Shown piece by piece: positions 39,865 through 45,307 of a stretch of 45,307 nt of DNA. The DNA comes from Bordetella parapertussis (GTDB lineage Bacteria > Pseudomonadota > Gammaproteobacteria > Burkholderiales > SG8-41). The notes below the pieces were generated by a model that made no database searches, was not told where the DNA came from, and saw only the letters and a list, made by a program, of their open reading frames with translations. Positions within the stretch are counted from its first letter, which is position 1. The number at the start of each line of letters is the position of its first letter. The position numbers and the translations under genes are program-made. The stretch covers positions 1 through 45,307 of the forward strand of contig CAMDDY010000001.1 in assembly GCA_945893125.1 (NCBI GenBank), read 5' to 3'.

Positions 39865-40923
39865 TTACGCCATCGCGCCCTCAGTGATTTGAGGCGGTGC
39901 AGGGTGTCCGCCCAACAGCTTGCCCTGCCAGTTAGTCAGCCGGGCAATTTTGTTGTAATAGGTAAATTCTGGCGATTTGCGGATCAACAGGCCGTCACGC
40001 ATCTCTTCCTCGAAGGAGTGCTGTGCCCAACCATTGCACGGCTTGCAAAACGGCACTTTGTCCCACTGATCGGTTTCATGGTAATAGCGAAGTTTCGCAA
40101 ACTCTTCACCCTGCCATACCGCCTTGACACCATTTTCAAACACATTGCCCAGATTCGTGGCTTTGAAGCCGTCAAGGCAGCAGACCGTTACTTTCCCGTC
40201 ATTATGGATAGGCATCGTGTTGTAGATAGCGGGGCAAGGCAGGCGCTTTTCGGGAGTCGCCATGTCTGGATAGCTGCCATTCAGAAATATCAATCCGATG
40301 CGCACGACGTCCACGACACCGACCCAACGCGCAACGAACGCATCAGTCTCATGGCGATTGTCATCCTGCTTAGTAAAAGACACCCCGATACGCGGATGGA
40401 TCGCGTCGCCCCGCACCTTGAGCATTCTGAATACGGAACGTTCTATGCGTTCCAGCTTGTGAATGCCGCGAACTTTCTTCAGTGTCTCGCGCGTTACGGC
40501 ATCAACGCTGAACATCACGGAATCCACTTTCTGCTCAACGAAAAATTGCGCCAAGTCTTCATCGAGCGTAAGGCCGTTGGTGTTCATGGCCACCGACATC
40601 CCACCCGCTTTCATCTTTGTGATCTGCTCCCGCAGGTTGGGGGCGAGCAGCGGCTCGCCATACATATTCGGCTGAATCAGTGGCTTTGCCGCCATCAATT
40701 CATCAAGAATCTTGCGCGACCCCTCGAAGTCCATGACCCCGGCTACAGAGTCGGATTCGTTTTCTTCCGAACCCCAGACGGGGCACATCGGGCAGCGAAG
40801 ATTGCATTTGGTGGCAAGATCAAGCAGCACTCGCGGTGGCAACTCGGGTACGGGCAGCGGCGTCCATTTGTGCTTGGGGTCAACCCAGCTTGCTGTAGAC
40901 CAGTCACGCATGAAGAGCTCCAT
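39865..40923 (-). CDS. radical SAM enzyme with truncated SPASM/twitch-like C-terminal Cys motif
   Basis: 352 aa. CNLRCPMC (CxxxCxxC) at residues 40-47. C-terminal CPAIYNTMPIHNDGKVTVC (C-x12-G-x4-C) and CKPC. Confidence 0.85.
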   Translation of the reverse strand: MELFMRDWSTASWVDPKHKWTPLPVPELPPRVLLDLATKCNLRCPMCPVWGSEENESDSVAGVMDFEGSRKILDELMAAKPLIQPNMYGEPLLAPNLREQITKMKAGGMSVAMNTNGLTLDEDLAQFFVEQKVDSVMFSVDAVTRETLKKVRGIHKLERIERSVFRMLKVRGDAIHPRIGVSFTKQDDNRHETDAFVARWVGVVDVVRIGLIFLNGSYPDMATPEKRLPCPAIYNTMPIHNDGKVTVCCLDGFKATNLGNVFENGVKAVWQGEEFAKLRYYHETDQWDKVPFCKPCNGWAQHSFEEEMRDGLLIRKSPEFTYYNKIARLTNWQGKLLGGHPAPPQITEGAMA

Positions 40924-41022
40924 TTGTTACCATATGTCGCATTAGCAAGAATAGCCGTTCGGCCTCATTCATTCGAGTAAATAGCTGAGTTTTATATATT
41001 ATAAGTGGAATAGGCAGCGATT

Positions 41023-42180
41023 TTACGCCCGTGGAATGCCGTACGCCACCGTTTCAATCACGCCCCCATCATGCTGGCGCAGATACAGACGGTAATCCGG
41101 ATCGATTTTCCGGAACGCAAAAGGCACCTCCCATAGATCGGAAGGCCGATGATAGGCCGAGATCGCGAGCCTGGGATGCCAGCGGCGGATCGACTCCGCG
41201 CCTCCGCGCAAGGCGTCGAGTTCGGCCCCTTCGATGTTCATTTTGATGAAGCTTACGCGCTGTCCGGCAAGAATTTCGTCGAGACCCACGACGTTAATCC
41301 TGCATTCTCCATCGTCGGAGATAATTGCGCCCCGTGACCCATCGTTGTTAAATCGCAATTCTGCCTTGGCGCTGTGCAAACCGTAATTGAGCGGCTCTAC
41401 TCGCGGTAAAGCCGCGAGGTTTTTTTGCAGGCGCTTGAATGTCTGCGGATCGGGTTCGAATGCAAGGACGCGTTCGTACTTGCCATGAACGTGGTCGATA
41501 AACATGCGCACAGAATCGCCGTCGTATGCCCCGCCATCCACATACACTTCGTCATCCTGGAATTCAACCAATCCGGAAAACCCGTAAAGGTCCCAATCAA
41601 TAACTTCCGCCAGCAATGCGGCATCGAGCGTTAAACGATATCCCAGGACGCGATCAAGGACTCTCACCGACTCTTCATCATGGAGTTGTTCGGCCAGTTC
41701 CAGGTAGCGCGGCCGATTGTTGAAGATATCGTCAACAAAACCGTCATAAAACATGTGCGGCTGAAACATATCCGGAGCAAGTACCTGAAGCAAAGCAAAA
41801 GGCGCAACCGGAAATCCCATCGCCCGCAACATCAGCGTGCCGCCGAGCACTCTGTGGGATGCAATGATGACCGGCACCGACCGATCGAGCGACCCGATTG
41901 CGTCTGACGGAACGACCCGATGTTTCCCAATGGCAAGGCCGCGTTTACCAGCGTCATTATCGTACACACCTGCCACCTCTATGCCCTGTTTGGCACAAAT
42001 CTCTGCCAGACGCCTGCCCTCGGCACCAGCGCCAAGAATAGCAAGACGTTCGGGAAGCCCGCGACGCATAAATGGGTAGCGCTCACGCAACGAATCCTTC
42101 AGCGATTGCAGCGAAGGGATCCTCGATATTTCGTGCAGCCACCTTTGGCTTGACGCATGGTCAGTGTTTAACTTATTCAT
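41023..42180 (-). CDS. FkbM-family methyltransferase with N-terminal Rossmann-like domain
   Basis: Trimmed to MNKLNTDH... at 42180, 4 nt after the upstream stop. N-terminal LAILGAGAEGRRLA. C-terminal FkbM-like VYVDGGAYDGDS...IKMNIEGAELDAL. Confidence 0.8.
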   Translation of the reverse strand: MNKLNTDHASSQRWLHEISRIPSLQSLKDSLRERYPFMRRGLPERLAILGAGAEGRRLAEICAKQGIEVAGVYDNDAGKRGLAIGKHRVVPSDAIGSLDRSVPVIIASHRVLGGTLMLRAMGFPVAPFALLQVLAPDMFQPHMFYDGFVDDIFNNRPRYLELAEQLHDEESVRVLDRVLGYRLTLDAALLAEVIDWDLYGFSGLVEFQDDEVYVDGGAYDGDSVRMFIDHVHGKYERVLAFEPDPQTFKRLQKNLAALPRVEPLNYGLHSAKAELRFNNDGSRGAIISDDGECRINVVGLDEILAGQRVSFIKMNIEGAELDALRGGAESIRRWHPRLAISAYHRPSDLWEVPFAFRKIDPDYRLYLRQHDGGVIETVAYGIPRA

Positions 42181-42184
42181 AACG

Positions 42185-43675
42185 CTATTTTTCTCTGACG
42201 ACAATCGAGATTTTCCCCTCCCGCTCGTTGCTGCTTCCACCGACGTAACGATTATTCCCCTCGGCGCTTCCCGCACGAGCCTGGAACAAGCGTATGCGCT
42301 TCAATATCGGCCGAACATAACGTTTTGGTACAAATTTCAATATTAGAACAAGCCATTGACGCCCCAAGCTGCCAAGCACGGGCCCAACCCACCATCCAAA
42401 GACAGCTCGCAGGATTCGGCTCCTAGCCCTAAGCAGCGCGGCAATAATAATCCGAGGAAATCTCTGGATTTTCGACTTAATGACCATGAAAAAAAGCCCT
42501 GCGACGCTACTTGGATAGTTATTCCAATAGTCTTTATGTCGTTGAAAAATATCGAGATAAACACGCTGGCCAAACCGCTCGATATTTCCCATTGCTATGG
42601 CTCGTTCAACTATTGCGCTAGACGTTTTCGCCATTTCGATCGATTCTGGCGCCAATCCGTCGCCATGAATATGGCAAGGCAGCCGATAAGCCAACCGTCT
42701 AAATTCGTCGCACCCCTGACTGAATAGATAACGGTTTATTTCGTAAATTCGATTCTCTTTGCCACGGAAACTGCTGTTTATGGGCCGATCCTGGAAAGGC
42801 AAATAAGTAAGTTCGGATTCCGGCGTTAGTGATAAGTAAAATACTTCATCTGAATCGGTAGAATAATACAAATCTTCCTTAAGACTTCCCTGATAGAAGG
42901 TGTTGTAAATATATTTACCGTCTGTGGTGTCGTTGTCGAGAACATCATCATTGTAGTTTGGGACCTTGGCGAAATCTCCAAACAATAAGCCCCAGCTCAT
43001 GCTATGAATGACAATTGCTTTTCGTTCCGGTACTGGCCAGTAGCACCACAATGGATAGTCACCAAAATATGGCGCGTCAAACTCATAGCTACGAATTTCG
43101 GAATGTAATGAGCGCCGCGCCAATTCGGCCAGGAAGCGCGGCTTAAGATCCATTGGATCATCAGGCCGCAAGAAACCCTGCGCCTCAAGCGATTCCACAA
43201 CAGGCTCTGTCGCATAGCGAAACACTGGGGCCAGAACAGCTTTTTTTCCTTGCCTTGCTTTATCAATAATAAAGGCAATCGTCCCGTCCGAAACCAGTAA
43301 ATCGGGCGCGACGAAGCCGGCCCATGCCCGGTCTGCTAGCGCTTTTCGCGCTGCGAGACGATGTCCTGTCGACATATGCAACATCACTCGATGCCTGCCG
43401 GTTATCTCAGCCGATAGCGCCTTATTCTCATCAGGGTATCCAATATCAATGAGTACGGGCTCTACATATTGGCGCATTTGCTCAAACAATGGCCGACCTT
43501 CCAGCGCGTTCCAGTCGTCCCTCGTCGTAGAGATTAGGAATTTGGAACCGGGCACGCCACGCAATATAGGGAGATTGTTTGGCGAAAGCAAAGAACTTAG
43601 GCAAAAGGAATAAAAATGCTCTGTGAAGAGCTTCCCCCAGAAAGTAATCATCAGGTAATACGGACTCGAACTCAT
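42185..43675 (-). CDS. uncharacterised protein, paralog B, with basic/hydrophobic C-terminal extension (candidate novel glycosyltransferase)
   Basis: 496 aa. Homologous to ORF 37177..38376 over ~290 aa. Visibly AT-richer than its neighbours. Confidence 0.7.
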   Translation of the reverse strand: MSSSPYYLMITFWGKLFTEHFYSFCLSSLLSPNNLPILRGVPGSKFLISTTRDDWNALEGRPLFEQMRQYVEPVLIDIGYPDENKALSAEITGRHRVMLHMSTGHRLAARKALADRAWAGFVAPDLLVSDGTIAFIIDKARQGKKAVLAPVFRYATEPVVESLEAQGFLRPDDPMDLKPRFLAELARRSLHSEIRSYEFDAPYFGDYPLWCYWPVPERKAIVIHSMSWGLLFGDFAKVPNYNDDVLDNDTTDGKYIYNTFYQGSLKEDLYYSTDSDEVFYLSLTPESELTYLPFQDRPINSSFRGKENRIYEINRYLFSQGCDEFRRLAYRLPCHIHGDGLAPESIEMAKTSSAIVERAIAMGNIERFGQRVYLDIFQRHKDYWNNYPSSVAGLFFMVIKSKIQRFPRIIIAALLRARSRILRAVFGWWVGPVLGSLGRQWLVLILKFVPKRYVRPILKRIRLFQARAGSAEGNNRYVGGSSNEREGKISIVVREK

Positions 43676-43769
43676 CGCGCGTCAAAAACCCATTTCCAGC
43701 TCAACGTGCAGAAAGAAACATAGTTACGGGCTTCATTACGTAAAGCTTCATCTCATGCCCTCTTCGCAA

Positions 43770-45044
43770 TCACGCGGAGCGAATGGAAATTGTGAGCTTA
43801 CGTTTACCGGAAACGCCGAGTGCCCGGTCAACCTTGATCAAGGCGGCAACGGTATCTGCCGCTTCTTCTTCGGTATAGTTCTCGTTGACATAAAGGCAAA
43901 AGCTGCGGTCGCGGTTGCTGACCGCCTGCGGCGTGCCAAATGCGTCGGCGAGATGCGGACGCACCCAGGGCCACTCGGACACCACATATTGATAGTGCGG
44001 GTTGAGACCGATGCCTTCAGCAAGCACAGCCTTGGCAATCGAGATCTTGTCGCACGTCGCGCGCGCCGGGTCTACAAATACCGGCAATATGAATGGCGAA
44101 TCAGTCGGGCGCCATGGCAACAGCGAGAACATGGTATTGGTTTCTACCAGCATCGATGCCAACTCCGATACGAATGCCGCCCGCCGCACGATGGTATCGC
44201 GCAGACGGCGTAGGGAGGCGATCCCGATGGCGCATGACAATTCGTCGTTGTTCCAGTTAAGCGCAGGGAACAGGAACGTCTCGGGATTGCGATCGTCGAA
44301 GTCCGGCTGCCAACGCGGCTTACCGCGGTCGGCATGCGCCAGTGCGTTGCGAAAGATGTCCAAGTCCCGGGAATAGACAATGCCGCCGCAGCCGCCGCTC
44401 ATATGGCCTTTACGGTACATGGTCGAGAACGCGGCAATATCCCCGAACGTGCCAACCTGGCGTCCGAATATCTGCGCGCCGTGCGATTGGCTGCAATCTT
44501 CGATGACGCGTACTCCGCGCGCATGCGCCTCGGCAACGATGCGATCGACATCCGTGGCTTGCCCGGTGGCATGAACCACCAGCACCGCGGAAACCGCGGG
44601 TGTCATGCGCGCCAGCACCTGCTCGACACCCATGTTGTAGTCGTCGGGACGCGTATCCGCCAAACGCGGCCGTAATCCATTCAGAATAATCGCACTGATG
44701 CAACCGGGATCAGTAATCGGCGAGACGATAACTTCGCTGCCTTTGGGTAAATTCAGGGCGGCAATGGCAAGATAAACGGAAGCGGTTCCGGTGGAAACCG
44801 AATCCGCATAGCCGCCACCCATCATGGCAACAAACTCGTCTGTATAGCGCTTCTCGAACGGCCCCTGGTACCCCGGATCCACATCTTTGCCGCGATAGAA
44901 CTCAATCGCCTCTTCGAGCATCGCGACCTCGGCATCGCCGAACGCAAACCTTGGCGGCATGGGATGCGTCCGCACCGGCTGCCCGCCGTCCACCGCGAGC
45001 TTCTTGTCTGCAATGCGGTTTTCCAGATCTGTCGTTCCTATCAT
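43770..45044 (-). CDS. DegT/DnrJ/EryC1/StrS-family PLP-dependent sugar aminotransferase
   Basis: 424 aa. DSVSTGTASVYLA and the FSTMYRKGHMSGGCGG lysine region. First gene of the minus-strand block. Confidence 0.85.
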   Translation of the reverse strand: MIGTTDLENRIADKKLAVDGGQPVRTHPMPPRFAFGDAEVAMLEEAIEFYRGKDVDPGYQGPFEKRYTDEFVAMMGGGYADSVSTGTASVYLAIAALNLPKGSEVIVSPITDPGCISAIILNGLRPRLADTRPDDYNMGVEQVLARMTPAVSAVLVVHATGQATDVDRIVAEAHARGVRVIEDCSQSHGAQIFGRQVGTFGDIAAFSTMYRKGHMSGGCGGIVYSRDLDIFRNALAHADRGKPRWQPDFDDRNPETFLFPALNWNNDELSCAIGIASLRRLRDTIVRRAAFVSELASMLVETNTMFSLLPWRPTDSPFILPVFVDPARATCDKISIAKAVLAEGIGLNPHYQYVVSEWPWVRPHLADAFGTPQAVSNRDRSFCLYVNENYTEEEAADTVAALIKVDRALGVSGKRKLTISIRSA

Positions 45045-45063
45045 GCTTCCTCACTCCAACGAG

Positions 45064-45091
45064 CAGGTTCGATGCCGAACCTGGTTTTTTT
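45064..45091 (+). terminator. canonical intrinsic-terminator-shaped hairpin, + strand orientation
   Basis: CAGGTTCG-ATGC-CGAACCTG (perfect 8-bp stem, 4-nt loop), then G and T7. No + strand gene lies upstream of it. Confidence 0.45.
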
Positions 45092-45177
45092 GGACTCGAA
45101 TAACGATAATTATGGGCTTGTGCGGATTTTACAGTGGCGGAATCGTCCGCGCCAGTAAGAGCCTTGTCCAACGTGGT

Positions 45178-45222
45178 ATGAGCCTGAGCGGCAGGCGTAT
45201 TTCCAACGAGGAATGAGCCTGA
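45178..45222. repeat. exact 10-bp direct repeat ATGAGCCTGA x2, 35 nt apart (function unknown)
   Basis: Copies at 45178..45187 and 45213..45222, in the region upstream of the degT-led operon. Confidence 0.6.
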
Positions 45223-45307
45223 AGGGTTAATTTAGAGGGATTGGCGTTTGGGTTGATCATCACAGGATGATCATCAACATGGACGAATCCAAACTGCGCA
45301 CGATTGA

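Noticed and set aside
39889-40980. Long antisense 'shadow' ORFs (this 363-aa one; also 1088-1711, 1868-2782, 5128-5982, 6058-7026, 24169-24966, 26063-26830, 31458-32330, 36466-37023 and others)
   Set aside because: Each lies opposite a gene with an unmistakable family signature. Each has the Arg/Ala/His/Gln-rich composition typical of the non-coding frames of GC-rich DNA, and none has a recognisable motif.
45279-45307. Calling the edge ORF an IS/transposase gene (mobile element)
   Set aside because: Only 9 codons are visible (MDESKLRTI), and the resemblance to integrase N-termini is from memory. No terminal repeats can be evaluated.

Overview
This 45.3-kb window is a chromosomal segment from a moderately GC-rich Gram-negative bacterium. 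The rhodanese / pcm / tolC / waaA / waaC neighbourhood suggests Proteobacteria; the exact taxon cannot be fixed from sequence alone.

Positions 1-11.8 kb hold ordinary housekeeping genes:
- a partial glnA with a sigma54/NtrC-type control region
- rhodanese, DJ-1/PfpI, an MFS transporter and uppP
- thiC behind a TPP riboswitch
- a pcm-like methyltransferase, tolC and 5-formyl-THF cyclo-ligase
- the LPS core genes waaA and waaC

Positions 11.98-45.04 kb form a surface-polysaccharide region of about 33 kb, built from four modules:
1. rmlB-A-C-D (dTDP-rhamnose).
2. An embedded + strand module: aldolase/SDR fusion, then mtnP, apt and mtnA. It reads like a DHAP-shunt type salvage route for MTA / 5'-deoxyadenosine.
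3. wbpO/wbpP-like genes (UDP-GalNAcA).
4. A convergent minus-strand block of 22 genes (45044 down to 22649), tightly translationally coupled and apparently split by one internal terminator.

Module 4 encodes:
- Wzm/Wzt ABC export
- a private ketose-phosphate to NDP-sugar pathway: split transketolase, transaldolase, SIS isomerase, HAD phosphatase and a domain-permuted kinase/nucleotidyltransferase
- four extended SDRs, one with HxxxH in place of YxxxK
- a UDP-glucose-dehydrogenase-family protein whose catalytic Cys is replaced by Asn, coupled to a Gfo/Idh/MocA oxidoreductase
- a DegT aminotransferase, three methyltransferases, a radical SAM/SPASM-like enzyme and a Nudix hydrolase
- two paralogous proteins of no family I can recognise; they are the only glycosyltransferase candidates in the locus

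Family by family, this enzyme set resembles the lincosamide octose route (LmbR/N/K/M/L/Z/S logic) as much as a modified-heptose route. My main hypothesis is therefore an undescribed pathway to a tailored, aminated and methylated higher-carbon (C7/C8) sugar in an ABC-exported glycan.

I saw no rRNA, tRNA, CRISPR array or clear mobile element. The last ~30 nt start an unidentifiable + strand ORF. All calls come from reading the supplied translations and the sequence by eye; no database search was run.
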